From positions 1,488,001 through 1,552,000 of the forward strand of contig JANHCV010000007.1 in NCBI GenBank assembly GCA_025594325.1: DNA of 64,000 bases, written 5' to 3'. A model generated the notes under the pieces. The model did no database searches and was not told the DNA's origin. It saw nothing but the letters and a program-made list of their open reading frames with translations. The translations under genes and the position numbers were made by a program. Source of the DNA: Blastocladiella emersonii ATCC 22665. Lineage: Eukaryota > Fungi > Blastocladiomycota. Shown one piece after another: positions 1 through 14,848 of this stretch. Position 1 is the first letter of the stretch. Every line of letters begins with the position of its first letter.

Positions 1-1317
1 GAGTCGCCGCCACCACCGCCGCGGTGCATGAGCTGCAGCGACAGCGACGCGTGCGGCTCGTTGCCGTGCATGACGTGCATCACGGCGCAGATGGAGGTGC
101 CGCCGGGGCGGCCGCACACGAGCGCGTCGACGGCGCACCGGAACACGTACATGAGCAGCTGGCACAGGAACACCTGGTCGGCCACGACCCACGCCGCGGG
201 GCTCGCGCACACGACGCGGAACGAGATGCGGTTGCGGAACGCGAGGAGGTGGACCTGGATGGATGAAATTGAGACCCGGTCAGCGCTGTTGCTCGGCCCA
301 CACAAGAATGGGGAAGCGTACCATGTCGGTGACGGCCCAGAACAGGTTACACAGGTCAAACTCGATATCGCGGTCCGACCCGCGCGTCGACGAGCGGCGG
401 ATGGCGGGGGGCGGGTCGGACGCGGCGGCCACGGACCCGGACGACGAGCGCGGCGCAGTACCCGATGTCGCACCAGCGGCCGCGGGCAGGCGGCGGATCT
501 CGTGCAGGTTGGCGCGGCGCAGGCCGCCCGAGCCGGCGGGGTCGCCGGGTAGCGACCACGCGGACCCGTGGTGGTGGTGGTGGTCGGCGGGCGCAGCGGC
601 GGAGGTGGGAGCGGGGAGAAGGCGCGACGAGTCGGCGGCGGACGCGGCGCGGATGACCATGGAGCACAGGTGGATGCCGAGCAGGACGGACCCGCGCAGG
701 AGCTCGGACGCGGCCTCGATGGCGGGCTGGCCGACGTTGGCGCGGTCGAGCTGGGCGAGGAACTTGCTGGCGTGCATCAGGCACACGGTGGCGGCGGACG
801 CGGCGAGGGTGCCGAGGCGCGGCTCGGCCAGGATCACGGCCCCATCACGCGCCGACCGCGCGGCGAGGCCGAGCCCGGTGCCGCGGCGCGACGACGACGA
901 GGTGCGGCGCAGCCAGGTGACGGCGTCCGAGGACTTTGACCGCATCGACTCGAGCCCGCCGCCGACGGGCGCGAGCGCTGCGGCTGCCGCCGCGGCGGCG
1001 GAGGGAGGGGGAGGGGGAGGGACGAGGGTGGTGGCGCCGGCCGAGTTGGCGTGCGCCGGCGGCGGCGTGGCGCTCGGCGACGCGTCGATCAAGACATGCT
1101 GCGACGCCATGGCACGCGCGGCCGAGGGTGGGTGCGGCGATGCGGCGGTCGCATCGGTAGCGGCGGCAGTGGAACCGGAACTGGATGAAGCGGACGCCGC
1201 GACAGCGGTCCACGGGTGGATCATGGCGGCCGAGGCGCGTACGTCGAGGGCGGGCGGGCGGTGGCGGCGGTCCTTGGGCGGGCGCGGCGCGTCGCGCAGC
1301 TCGCTCGGGAGCGACAT
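1..1317 (-). CDS. Spliced host gene running off the window start; possibly a degenerate histidine-kinase/HATPase-like protein
   Basis: ATG at 1317 (MSLPSELR) within ORF 280..1398. Intron 321-255 (GTACGC..GCTGAC..CAG) joins 'EFDLCNLFWAVTDM' to 'VHLLAFRNRISFRVVC', resembling the helix that precedes HATPase domains. No H-box or G-boxes seen in the window. Confidence 0.4.
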
Positions 1318-3043
1318 GGTGGTGGTGACGGTGACGGTGGTGGATGGTGTGTGGTGTGTGGGAGCGGGAGGGGAGGGTGGGCGCGCGCAATGGATCAAGA
1401 TGGAGCAAGCAGGACGGGCTGAGCGATGTGAGCGAGGGCGAAGAGGGCCGGGCCGCGACGGACGTTGGCGCGCAGAGGCAGGGCGAGGAGGATCACGGCG
1501 GGCGGGCGGGCGGGGCAGCGTGAGTGAGCAAGCGGATGAGCGATCGCGTGTATGGCGTGACGCTGGAAGGCCGCGCCGCGGGTGTGATGGCGACCTTGAT
1601 GACGGTGGGGTCAGGGTGATGTTCGGGATGGCGGGGGCGGGGATCGAGCAAGGTGCCGGCTTAGAGGAGGGAGCAGAGAGCGTGGCGGTCGCGCGCGACG
1701 CCGAGAGCGAGAGCGCGCGGGCGAGGGGGCGGGGGCCGCGATCGGCGGGGGCAACACGGTCCGTCGTGCGCGGGTCACGGCGGTCGGAGCGGTGTGGGAA
1801 CTGGGCACGCGTGCGCTCGGATGGGCAAGACGCGAGTGCCGACGGGGGCAGGTGATGGCAGTGATGGGCAAGGGACGCGATGGGGGCGGGGGGCGGTGAC
1901 GGATGATGAGCGGAGGGAGACGAAGGCGCGCGGTTCCCACGTACCGCGGTGCAGGCTGGGCGGTCGGCCGATCGCCGCCGGCGGGACTCGTTCGGCGCAG
2001 TGTGCGCAGGGCAGGAGCGCGGCAGGCGCGCGATGGCGCAAGGGCGGGCGAGCGCGCAGCGTGTGGCGGGCAGCGCGGCGCGGATGGCGGGTGGAGATCG
2101 GTGCGGACGGCGGACGGCGGATGGCCGATAGGCTGCGGGGGCGCTTGGGTGAGGCGGCAGGGCGCTGGGTCGGCAGGCAGCAGATCGTGGCGGCGCACTC
2201 GGGTCTCTGATGCGAGAGGGCGGACCGCGGCCGGCCCGCCGAGCCGATCATGGAAGTCGATGGCCAGCGAGCGAGCCGCGCGGGCCTGCGCGCGGGCCTG
2301 GGTTGCCGCGCGGTGCTGCGCACGGGCGGTGGACGCGTTTGGGCGTGCCGGCGGGTGGGCGGGAGTGCGGGCGACAGGCGGCGGGGTCGGTGGGAACGAG
2401 GGCGGGCGGGAGGGGCGCGAAGCGGCTCCTGCGCAAATCGGCCGCGGCGCGCGTTCCCCGCTGGCAACCGCACGCGCGCCGCCACAGACGGTGGCGACCT
2501 GGGAGCCACCGGGCTGCTGTGCGCCCAGCCGGGGGCCGGAAATGCGGCCGAGATCGGCGCGGGAAGGCCGCCGGCGCGAACGCGAGCGAACGCGGACGCG
2601 TCGGAGCCCTCCGCTGCGCCGCGTCACGTGCGCCTGAACGCGTCGCTCCGCTGTCTCCCTCTCCGCCTCGCTTGAGGGGCACGGCGCGAGCCTCTCCGCC
2701 GCCGGTTCCCCTGCGCCCGCCGTGTGCAGCGAGCGAACCGAACGCATGTGTTTGTTGGACGAGGTCCGCGCGTCCCCGAGCTGTAGTTAGGGGAAAGCTC
2801 GGGGCAACGAGTTTGGCGAGCAGACCCTGATATTGCGGGTCATGTCCTTCTCGGAGCACGGCCGATCCGCACAAGCACGAGACAGCGATGATAAGCAAAC
2901 TGATCCTTAATTTGTATATATACCGGGGGAGGGAGGGAGGGAGGGAGTCACACCGCGCCTCACATCATCAGCACCGCGCAGCCCCACAGCGAAGCCCAAC
3001 GCGGGCCGCACCGCGACGACACACGGCGGCAGCGACGACACGC

Positions 3044-4632
3044 TCAGTAGCGGTAGTGGTCGGGCTTGAAGGGGCCCTCGGCGGGGATGCCGAGGTACTC
3101 AACCTGCTTGGCCGAGAGCTTGGACAGCTTGACGCCGAGCTTCTCGAGGTGCGCGAAGGCCACCTCCTCGTCGAGCTTCTTGGGCAGCATGTGCACGCCG
3201 ACGGGGAACTCGCCGGCCTTGGCCTTCCACAGCGCAATCTGGGCGAGCACCTGGTTCGAGAACGAGTTGGACATGACAAACGACGGGTGGCCCGTGGCGC
3301 AGCCCAGGTTGACGAGGCGGCCCTCGGCGAGCAGGATGATGTGGCGGCCCGACGGCATCGTGAACCGGTCCACCTGCGGCTTGATGTTCGAGTGCGACAC
3401 GGCGTTGGCCTTGAGCCACGCGACATCGACCTCGATGTCGAAGTGGCCAATGTTGCACACGATCGCGTCGTCCTTCATCTCCGAGAAGTGCGCGCCCGTG
3501 ATGATGTCGCGGCAGCCGGTGGTCGTCACGAAGATGTTGGCCTCCTTGACGGCGTCCTCCATGGTGGTCACCTCGAAGCCCTCCATGGCGGCCTGCAGGG
3601 CGTTGATGGGGTCGATCTCGGTCACAATGACGCGCGAGCCCATGCCCTTGAGCGCGGCGGCGCAGCCCTTGCCGACGTCACCGTAGCCGGCGACCACCGA
3701 CACCTTACCGGCGATCATCACGTCCGTGGCGCGCTTGATGCCGTCAATGAGCGACTCGCGGCAGCCGAACAGGTTGTCGAACTTGGACTTGGTCACCGAG
3801 TCGTTGACGTTGATGGCGGGCACCTTGAGCTTGCCCTCCTTGACCATCTTGTACAGGTGGTGCACACCCGTCGTCGTCTCCTCCGAGACACCCTTGCAGT
3901 CGGCGAGGAACTGCGGGTACTTCTCGTGCACCAGCGTGGTCAGGTCACCGCCGTCGTCGAGGATCAGGTTGAGGTGCTTGCCGTCCTTGAACGACACGAG
4001 CTGCTGCTCAATGCACCAGATGTACTCCTCGTCCGTCTCGCCCTTCCACGCGAACACGGGCACGCCGGCCTTGGCCATGGCGGCCGCAGCGTGGTCCTGG
4101 GTCGAGAAGATGTTGCACGACGTCCACGTCACCTCGGCACCGAGCTCGATGAGGGTCTCGATGAGCACGGCCGTCTGGATCGTCATGTGCAGGCAACCGG
4201 CGATGCGGGCACCGGCCAGGGGCTTGGAGGGACCGTACTTGGCGCGCAGGTACATGAGACCGGGCATCTCGTTCTCGGCGAGCTCGATCTCCTTGCGACC
4301 GAAGTCGGCGAGCGTGATGTCGGCTGGAGGACGGCGGGCGAGCGGGGGGTGGGGTGAGTTTTTCGTCCAGGTCGGGTTGGCGTGGGAACAGGCTCGCAGG
4401 ACGGACGAGGTGTGGGACCTAGCTCGCTTGCTCCACCGCACCGCGCACGGCGGTGCAGAGGGGGGGATGCCTCGGCGGGAGCAAGAGAGCGAGGGGGGAA
4501 GACTAACGGCGACGACAGCGACGACGACGGACGCCGGTGCAGCCGCCGCGGCGAGGAGGGGGAGGGTCCGCGAGCCCAAGCATCATGGCGGTGGCGACGA
4601 TACTTACCAACCTTGTACTTGTGGGCGACCAT
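3044..4632 (-). CDS. SAH1: S-adenosyl-L-homocysteine hydrolase (adenosylhomocysteinase), 434 aa, 2 exons (4632-4608, 4323-3044)
   Basis: Hallmark motifs [67 protein letters not shown] intron 4607-4324 restores [14 protein letters not shown]. Confidence 0.97.
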
Positions 4633-6131
4633 GGTGAATAAGCTACGTGGCAGAACGGGGTGGTGCGTGTGCAAGGGCGAGAGCGTTGGAGGGCCGAGGG
4701 GACCCGCCCGCTTTTATACGGCCGGCGCGCGTCCGTCCGCTTGCTCGCTTGCTCGCTGACAAAAAGAGACCCCCAAAGCCCACGTCGCATTTATCGATCT
4801 CGGCCGCTTGCTCCACCCGCACTCGCGCCCACTCACACTCAGGAAAAACTTGTTCGCGGTTTATTTGACACGTCCGCGTCCGCGTTCACGTTCCGGGCTC
4901 CCCGTTGTTCCCGCCCCGAGGGCCCCAGCCTTCAAGCGCAAACGCGCACGCAAGGTCGCCATCTCCCCGCGCGTTTCGATTCGCTGCATGCCACATCCGA
5001 TCAGGCAGAGGGCTAAAAACGCGCACTCACTCACTGGCGCGGCCGTCACATGAGGATCATGGGATGCGTTGCGCTGTCTCGCACCTGGACGCGTCTCGCG
5101 CCATCCTCACGTGTGCGGTGCGGGACAAGAATGCGAACGCGTCCCCAGGCGACTGAGAGCTGATCCTGAGGCGGGGCAAACGGAATGAGGGGATCCAGAC
5201 GCCGCAAGTTGAAGCAGCGCCTTGCTCATGAGCTGATGCATCGATCCTCGAACCGTGCGTGAAAGCGTGTCGCGGCGGTGGAGCAAGACGAGCGGACCGC
5301 GTGCACGGCGACTTACGGCTGTCGGGCGAGGTCTGCGCGGGAACGAGGGCCTCGGCAACGTCGCGACTGAGCAGTCGGCCAAGACAATGAAGGAGCATTC
5401 CACGACTTGACGTATCAGCAGCGAGAAACGTGCTGCGCGACGGATTGCTAGTAAGGATGCCATGTTGACCGAGGGTGGAGCGACAGCGCGCTGCTGGACG
5501 GACTCTGAGCAGGCCCGAGCATCTCGGAAGAATATTGCGGCCACGAGCGACGAGACCGTCGACCGGGGACGATGAAGCAGAAACTTGTGAAGGTGCATCG
5601 CGCCTCAAGCGTTGGTGAGAGGTCAGAGCCGGGGCAGACCGCGGCGTCCCTGACCTTCAGCGCGGCGGCGCCTCCGCGCTCTATAGTACGCGCCAGTCGT
5701 CGTCATGCCAACATCGCAAGGCCGAACAGCGCCGTACAGGGTCAGTCGTGAGAGTCGACATCGACTCAGCGCCGGTGAGCGGTCACGGCCCGCGCGCCGA
5801 CGCGCCGGAGGATCGAGGCCGATCCCGTCCACGCGCAACCTCCGCATCAATTTGCCGTCCATGATCCATTGCGGTCACTCGAGCCGAGCATCGCAGCATC
5901 GAGCATCGCGGCGGTGCTGACGGAGGAGTGGATCAGCGCGCGAGACGATCGACGTGACAGAGCGAGGAGTGATGTCACGCCTCACATGACCCGAGCTCCC
6001 ACCAGCCGCTCGCCCGCCCGCTCGCTCGCGGTCGCCACCGCCGTCCATCCGCCCGGCCGCAGACATCCTGCGCTCTCTCTCTCACGACGGAACGTCTCGC
6101 ACGCCCTTGATACCGTCAGACCGTTGCAGCC

Positions 6132-7272
<1,141 letters not shown>

Positions 7273-8012
7273 GCGCCCGATGTCTTGTGTCGTCCGTGCA
7301 CTGGCATCTGTCTCTCTGCCCGAGCAATACAAACATCTCTCCCCAAACCTGTCCTGTCTCGTCTTGTCCATCCTGCCCGTCGGACTTGCTTGAGATCCGC
7401 ATCTGTCCCATGAGGCGCCCAGTCAGAATCAAGGTTGCCTGCTGAGCCACTCGAACGCACGACGCACCACGTCGCGTTCCTTTCTACAACGATCAGGCGT
7501 GAAATAAGCAGCGTCGCCACATGCACGGCCTGCCCGCGGACGTCCTCGTCCTCGGAAGCGCGGCCACGGCCACGGCCACGGCCCACGGCCGCCATGACTC
7601 TCATCAAACGCTGCGATGTGAGAAAACGCGCTGCTCAGACCCGATCTGTCAACTCGAGTCCCCGCCCTCGCGAGCGCGGCCATGGCCACGGCCACCGTCA
7701 CTCGCGATGATGGCCGCGAGGTGACAAAGCGCGTTGCCCGCCAAATTTGGGTGCAGCCCCTTCAAGCACGCTGACGTGAGCTGCTGCGCCACCCTCCGCT
7801 TACGCGCTTACTCGTGGCTAAACTTGGATGCTGGTCGGTCACCGCGCGCGACTGCGTCGCACCACTTTCTGCTGCCGGTCCGTCGCAGATCACAGCACGG
7901 ATCAAGCGGACGCGCGGCTATAAAGCTCGCACTCCCCCGCCCTCCTTTCTCTGAACCGACACACACAGCGCTTCCAAGCAGCACTCCCGCATCCACCACA
8001 ACGGCAGCAACC

Positions 8013-8645
8013 ATGGTCTCCTACACCGTCTTCTACTTCCCGATCCGCGGCCGCGCCGAGCTGATCCGCCTGGTGTTCGAGGCTGCGGGCGTCGCCTACG
8101 CCAACAAGTACCCGACCAACTGGCCCGCCGAGAAGCCCACGCTGCCGTTCGGCCAGCTCCCGGCCCTGATCGTGCGCGACGACAACACGCACGCCGAGCA
8201 GGTGGTCGCGCAGACGTCGGCCATTGTGCGTCACCTCGCCGCCAAGTTCGACCTGGTCCACGCCGACGAGCACCAGCGGCTGCTCGCCGACGGGTACTAC
8301 GAGTCGATCGTCGACCTGCAGAACGCGGTGGTCAAGATCGTGTACAAGACGCCCGAGGAGCACAAGGGCGCGGCCAAGGCCGAGTTCCTCGCCACGACGC
8401 TGCCCGCGTTCGTCGCCGCGCACACCAAGTTCCTCGCGGCCAACGGTGACCAGGGGTTCTATTTCGGCGGGAAGCTCACGTACCTCGAGCTCGCCCTGTT
8501 CGCGCAGATCGGCGCCGTCAACGCGGCCATGCCCGGTGCCATCACGGCCGAGAACGCGCCCGCGCTCGTCAAGGTGCAGACCGCGGTCGCCCAGAACGAC
8601 AAGGTCAAGGCGTACCTCGCGTCCGAGCGGTTCCACAAGCACTAG
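8013..8645 (+). CDS. Glutathione S-transferase (sigma-like), intronless, 210 aa
   Basis: YFPIRGRAELIRLVF, PFGQLP, QTSAIVRHLA and the C-terminal N-capping motif (LTYLEL). TATAAA at about 7920. Confidence 0.92.
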   Translation: MVSYTVFYFPIRGRAELIRLVFEAAGVAYANKYPTNWPAEKPTLPFGQLPALIVRDDNTHAEQVVAQTSAIVRHLAAKFDLVHADEHQRLLADGYYESIVDLQNAVVKIVYKTPEEHKGAAKAEFLATTLPAFVAAHTKFLAANGDQGFYFGGKLTYLELALFAQIGAVNAAMPGAITAENAPALVKVQTAVAQNDKVKAYLASERFHKH

Positions 8646-9495
8646 AGTGGGTGTCGGCTCGTTTGTGATGATTGAGAGTAGTAGTATACATAATTTCTTG
8701 CACACTACCGTAGTTGTGATAGCAGGGAACGAAAGGTGCTGAGTTGACACGCGCAAGACGCGGCTGGCGCTGAGCGCGTGGAGACAGCGACGTGATTCCG
8801 CGAAGCAGCTCGCCAGCGTCAAGTTAGGGGTCCATCGCCTAGTGCGACCGGCAAGCTCTCATTGCAGCAGGCGGTGGGCACAGCCGGCGCGCGTTGCATG
8901 GCGGGTGTGTTGACTCTCATGTACGCAGGTTGAAGGTGGCAGCGAGATCGCAACGCAGGCGACCCGTATGCTCAACACGTCGAACAACTGCGGGATCGGT
9001 GCGACGCCTGACGGGACAGCTGCGGTTGAAAAGTAGTGCTCGAGCCCGAACTAAACTCACGCCGAGCTTCAAGTGCTCACCACTGCTGCTCGCTCCGCCC
9101 GCCGAGTCCTTGCGCCGCTTTTCAGATGCGACTCCGGAGGGCGACACGATAGCGGCGACGGTCGGCAGGGTCCCGCCGACGAGATAGTCGACGCTGAAAG
9201 TCGGTGTGAGGTAAAGCAAGCCAGGCAGTGCGGACGCGAGAGCGAGGCTTCTCGGAGGCCCTCGCGACAGATCAACGGGCTGCAAGGCCAATCCTTCCCC
9301 TCAGCCATCGGCAATCGACGTTCCCTTCATATTGCAGCAAGTCAAATGTAGTCGTTTTCATCGCATGTCACATGTGGGTGACTCGAGAGTGAGTGCACCG
9401 CCGTGACGTGTGGTGACCACGGCGACGCGCGTCGGCGTCAAAGGGCCGCGGCCCACCCGAGTCGGCTCTCTCTCCCCTCGCTGGATGATAAACGG

Positions 9496-11264
9496 ATGAA
9501 CGTGGGGACTCTCATCGAAGACATCCTGGTCCGCGCGGTTTGGGCGCACGTCGATCCGAGCGATGTGCTCGGCCTCGCCCAGTACGCGCGCGTCCTGCCG
9601 ATGCGCGACGGCGTCAAGGTCCACCGCGCGATCCTGCAGCGCGTCCCGTCGCTCTCCATGGACTGCGCGAACGCACGCGGCGCCACCGGCGTGCTTGACC
9701 TGTGGGTCGCCTCCGGGCTTCCTCTCAACTTTTCGGTCAAGGGCATCTGCGCCGCGGAGCGCGTGCGGCACCTCGAAACCTTTGATTGGTGGCGGACGTC
9801 GGGCCTGCTTACGCCGGACACGTTTGACCCGTTTATGAGCCGCGCAGCGACCGCGGCGCTCGGCTTCCGGCGCGATGCCAAGCAAGCGCAGAAGAAGGAT
9901 GGGAAAAAGGTACGTTCGAGCCGTGGGGCGGATCGCGAGCATGGCGCAGCGCTGACGAGGCCCTTTAGTTTATTCTTCGGCCGGCGGACACGATCGTTCA
10001 CGCGGTTACGCCTGGGATTGTTGCTGGCCACCTCACCGAGCTTATTCTCGAATTCGAGGCGATCACGGTCGAGGGAATGCAGGCGCTCAGCGACGCCATG
10101 GCGAGCCCTGGCCCGAGCGTCGATTCGCTCGGCTTTAAAGGTTGCACGGTGGATTCTGCACGACTACTTGCGCTGCGGCTTCCATCGTCCCTGCGATCCT
10201 TGACCATCGACCACGCGTGGCTCTCACACACGCCTCATCGCAGCAGTGTTGCCCTCGAAGGGTGGGCGACCAGCTCAAACCTCACGGATCTGACCATCAC
10301 ACGCACGCCCATATCCATCAAGCTCGTTGCGCAGTTCTTTGGCGGCTTACCATCCACCCTCGCCCAGCTGAAGATCAAGGGCTGCGCTCTAGATGACGCC
10401 GCGTTCGCAGCATTGGTCCCGCTGCTTCCACGACAACTCTCCGTGCTGGTCATCGAGAACAAAATCTTCACTGGAACTGGCCTGAGCCTCGCGAGCCCGC
10501 ACCTTCCACCGTCGCTTAAGAAACTGCATATCGAAAATGTTCCACTTGGGACAACCACCGATGCGAACGCGCTCAAGTTCGCGTTCCCATCTGAGCTGTC
10601 CGAGCTGCGCTTGCGTTGGACCGAACTCGGCCCGCTTGGAAGCGTGGCACTCGCTAGGGCCATCCCGCCCCGCCTCGAGCAGCTGACCATCTCCTTTTCT
10701 CATCTCCATCGCGACAGCGTCAAGATCTTCGAGTCCACGCTGCCACCAATCCTCAAGTCGTTTTCTCTCTCCGAAGGCTTGATGACCGACTCTTTCCTTG
10801 ACACCGAGGCCCGCTGTGCTCTGGTTCGCGCGCTTCCTGACACGCTCGAAACGCTTCGGCTCATGGGCAGGAACGCGGAGACATGCCAGCTCAGCGGACT
10901 TGGATCGCACCTGCCCCGCTCATTGCGCCGCCTCACTATCATGTAACTCACGTGCGAGCCCGAAGCTGCCCGCTTACTTGCACAGCATCTTCCGCCTCGT
11001 CTTGAATCGCTCCGCTTATATCGAATCCGCATCAACGATGAAGCGATCCAGCACCTTGCGCCGTTGCTGCCTGCTTCCCTGTACGGAATCGACCTTTCGG
11101 ACAATCGCATCACCGACGCCGGTGCCAAACTACTTGCTGAGCAGCTCCGGGCCACCGCGAAGGAGATCGACTTGCGGTCCACAGCCGTAACGCAGGAGGG
11201 GACAGCCGCGTTTCTCGCCGCGGGGCGCGCGAAGATCGTGCAGACGCTTCCCATCTCGATTTAG
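9496..11264 (+). pseudogene. Ankyrin-like (W..SGL) plus RNI-like LRR protein with a premature stop
   Basis: Exon 9496-9909, intron 9910-9968, then LPxxLxxLxL repeats. TAA at 10944-10946 interrupts the frame, which continues with LRRs (LPPRLESLRL, LPASLYGIDLSDNRI) to the stop at 11264. Confidence 0.65.
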
Positions 11265-13884
11265 TAAGAGCGCTTCTATTCGTTACATCCTCAAAACATA
11301 CAAACCTCTTGATCTTACCCTATAGAGCATTGGATCCCGCCGCTCGCGAGTGAACCGTGTGGCGCGCCGCGTGAGGGGCGCACACGTGAAAGGCGCAGCG
11401 CGTCCGCCACGCTGTTTTGTATCGACGAAGACTGACCGTCTCTCGAGGGGAGCTGCACAACATATTCAAGATCACATAAGAAGGTTATCAAGTCTGTGGC
11501 GCGAGGTGCAGGGACTAGGGATGGATGACGGACTTCGTCTCGACGCGATCGCTCGCTCCCAGGTTCACGGGCGGGGGCCGGTTTCGCGTCTCGCGACGAT
11601 CTCGTCACTGTCGCATCCGTGCGCGTGGACAGAACTAGGTGTGTGTGCTGCGCACACACATGGGTCTCAGCTGTAGCTTAAGTCTGACGTGTCGATGATG
11701 AGAATAGCAGCGCAGGTACAACTCACTCGGCAGAAAATCACGTTATTCGGTTGTGCAAGCACTCTAGCCGTGGCTCATGGTCGGAACTGAGGCTGGACTC
11801 AAACATGTCGCGCTGGCTGCCCGAAAGTCCGTGCCAGTTAAGTTAACTGAGTTAACAAAGTTGAGGAGCGGGAGAAGCCCTCGTGGCCAAGGTCGCGGCC
11901 GCCCACGCCGCCTTGTTCCTGAGCGCGGATCGTCCGCAGCCTTGCTGGAGAGAACGTTCGCCCGAGCACCTGCTCACGGTCCCGGTCCATGAGAAGCAGT
12001 CTAGGCTTCTAAGAACCAGTCGACCTCACGCACCTGTTCCCGCTGTGTGCTTTCTGTGTTGCGGTTCGTAAGCTTGCGATCCACCTCGCCGAACTGGTAC
12101 GAGGCTGCATCGGCGGCACCCTTCGCAAACGAAGAAGCCACTGACGAGAAGGCCAAGGCCAGGTCCGCGGCAGCGACGGTCGCTGGGTTGCTGGTCGGCG
12201 CGTGACGGATCAAGCGCGGTGTGTTGCAGTGGGCGGGAAGGTTAATAAAAACTTGGATAATTTGGACGACGTCGTGAAGCGCCGCAGTGTATGGGCGTCA
12301 CCCTGACTCGCGTTCTGGGCGATGGCTATTGAGCCGAACGCAACGAGAGTCGCCGTGAGGATCTATCGCACGCGGCCGACGTCTGACCAGCGATCAGGAT
12401 CGAGCCCAAGGGGATCTTGACGCAGGGCCAGTCCTTGACGTCGATCACGTCAACGATGCGCATGTGCGCCTCGCCCGTAACCTCGTCAACGACGCGTTGG
12501 AGCGAGAAAGAATTGTGTCGCGCAGGTCGACCCGCACGACGCGGTACGCGGTGTCGAGCACGATTCGCGGCTGACTACTTTCAGTATGGTGCAGTGGGCG
12601 CGTACACGCCTGACGCTGCTGAGCCTTCTTCTTTATCGCCGGGCTAGGCTCGGTTAGCTGGCGTGATCCAGTCGTGGACGTGGATCCTCGGAGTCGTTCT
12701 CGCCGCCTGCAACCTTTGTTTCGGGCTCGCGTCGCACCGTTCTCGCCTTGCTGCGTGCATGTTGAGCTTTCTCCAGTCAATGTGTACGTCACGTCATCGC
12801 TACCCCTCAGTAATCGCTATGTAGACGCTACCCATCGCCAACAATGAAATCATTTACTTGCGAACGATGACCCAGATCCATGACCTTGTACTATCTCGGT
12901 AACTAGGCAATTCACGAACTCTAGACTTTTTTGCGCCTAAAGAGAAAGACAAAGGCGGATCGAAGCGCGGAAGTTCGGGCGGCCAGATTAAAGACAGTTA
13001 AGGGAACCAGCGGAAATAGAGGACCTATATTTTGCGCCGGGTGTTTTAAAATGATTTTTGCGCGACCTTGATGCTGCGCTGATTGTTGTTCGAAAGCGGT
13101 CGTAACGGTTGGCGACGGAGCTGCAGGCGGGGTCGTAGAGCGGTGGCTCAGCGTGTGGCTCAGCGGGTGGCGCAGCAGTGGGAGACAGCACCGACCGACC
13201 GCTCCACTGTCACTCCAGGTTGACGCACATTTGAAGACTTTCAAGTAGGTCGCCTCGTTAAATAAGCAGTGTCAGCATTTTTAATACACAGAGCTGAGGC
13301 CAATGCGGGGAGTCGGGGACTTGGAATGCGATCTAGACCAAGAGAGTTGGGGTCGGGGGCCATAACTGCAGACGAAGCTTGGTTCACGTGCAGGTTGATG
13401 TCTCTGATAGTTACCAATTGCTCAAACAGAAACTCAGCTTCGCTAAAGCTACAGCTGAGAATACAAAGCTATACGATGTATTTCATGACTCTCGGATTCA
13501 CAAACGTGCGAGGATCCAACACCATTTGTAGTCGCGACTTCAGGCATAACCTGCTGCGGTGTTCATTGCCATGCTCAAGACGCGTCACAAGAACGAGTCG
13601 AAGATAAGTCCAACAGGCGGCGACATGGTCCCACTGTCGTCGATGCAATCGTAGTTCAAGTACACGTGACCGCGTTGCGCCACAGTCACCGGACGCGTGC
13701 GACCCCGCCCGCGTCACGCGCGTCACGCGCACCGCGCCGATCTCCTTTGTCATCGCCGCGGACCGCCTCACCTCACCGAGCGACGCGTCGGCCCGCTCAC
13801 ATCGGACGACGCGCCTCCGCATCCCCTCTCTCTCTTGTTCCTTTGACCAGTTGCTAGTATTAGCCACCACATGCAGCCTGTTGT

Positions 13885-13956
13885 CCTCTCGTGAACCTCC
13901 TCACCGTCTCCTCTTGTGAACCTCTTCACCGTCCCCTCTTGTGAACCTCTTCACCG
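13885..13956. repeat. Minisatellite, about 3 copies of a 25-bp unit (CCTCTTGTGAACCTCTTCACCGT..)
   Basis: GTGAA recurs at 13891, 13916 and 13941. Confidence 0.75.
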
Positions 13957-14848
13957 CCTCGATCTTCATCTCCGCCAAGATCGCACGTCCATCGTGCCGA
14001 GCTTCCTCCCAGTCGAGTACGCTTCAACTATTGTCGTCCTCGGTGGTGTTGCTGCGGGGTGAGTGAGGCCGCGGCAAGCCGGACGGCGGCGACCAAGCGA
14101 TGCTGAGCGGCAGGTCCGAGTGGTCTTGCGCGGCAACGCGGTGCGGAAGGTGGCTGTCGCCAAGGTCATGGTGGCCGGGTGTGGAAGGAGGTGCGATGGG
14201 CGGAGACTGCAGCGGGCCGGGCGATTCGTCGCACGCGTCCGCGTCGAGCGGCATCGGCGGGGGCAGCGCGTCTCCAAAAAGCAGCGACGTTGAATGACAC
14301 GGGTAGTCCGTATCGTGAGTCAAAGGGACAGCAGCGAGCGCTGGCGCGATCGCGACGGGCGTCACCTGCGGCTGCTCAGGGCCAACGCCCACGAGAAGAA
14401 CGGCCGAACCGGTCGCCGCAGCAACGATTCCGCGGCGGCAGCGCCACGGGCGGTACCACACTGACTCGCTAAAGCGCTTCAACTCTGGATCAAGCTTGCC
14501 GTGCGTCGCAGGCTCATGTACAGGCGCGGTAACGCGGCAGCAGGTGTGGTCGTGGCGGAGCATAGCGCAAGGGCGGAAGATGAGGTGTTGCAGTCCGTCC
14601 AATGTGGAACAGGACTCGGACGCTTCAATCTGGCGTGGCGGCGCAAGGGCATGGCAGGGGGGACAGAGCGCGCGGTCCCGACGCTCCGGGCCGGCCTCCG
14701 ATCGTGCGCGTGTGCGAGCATCACGCGCAAGTGTTCAGCGCGTCGCCGTTCCGTTCCCTTACATACGCTCCGAGCCTCGCGCCTCGAAGCACCTGCTGTT
14801 TGTGAAAAGGAGATATGTTGCTATATTCTACCAATCGACTCGGCCCAA

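Noticed and set aside
11300-14600. Lower-GC stretch with short ORFs
   Set aside because: No recognisable transposon, RNA gene or protein motif, so it is left unannotated.
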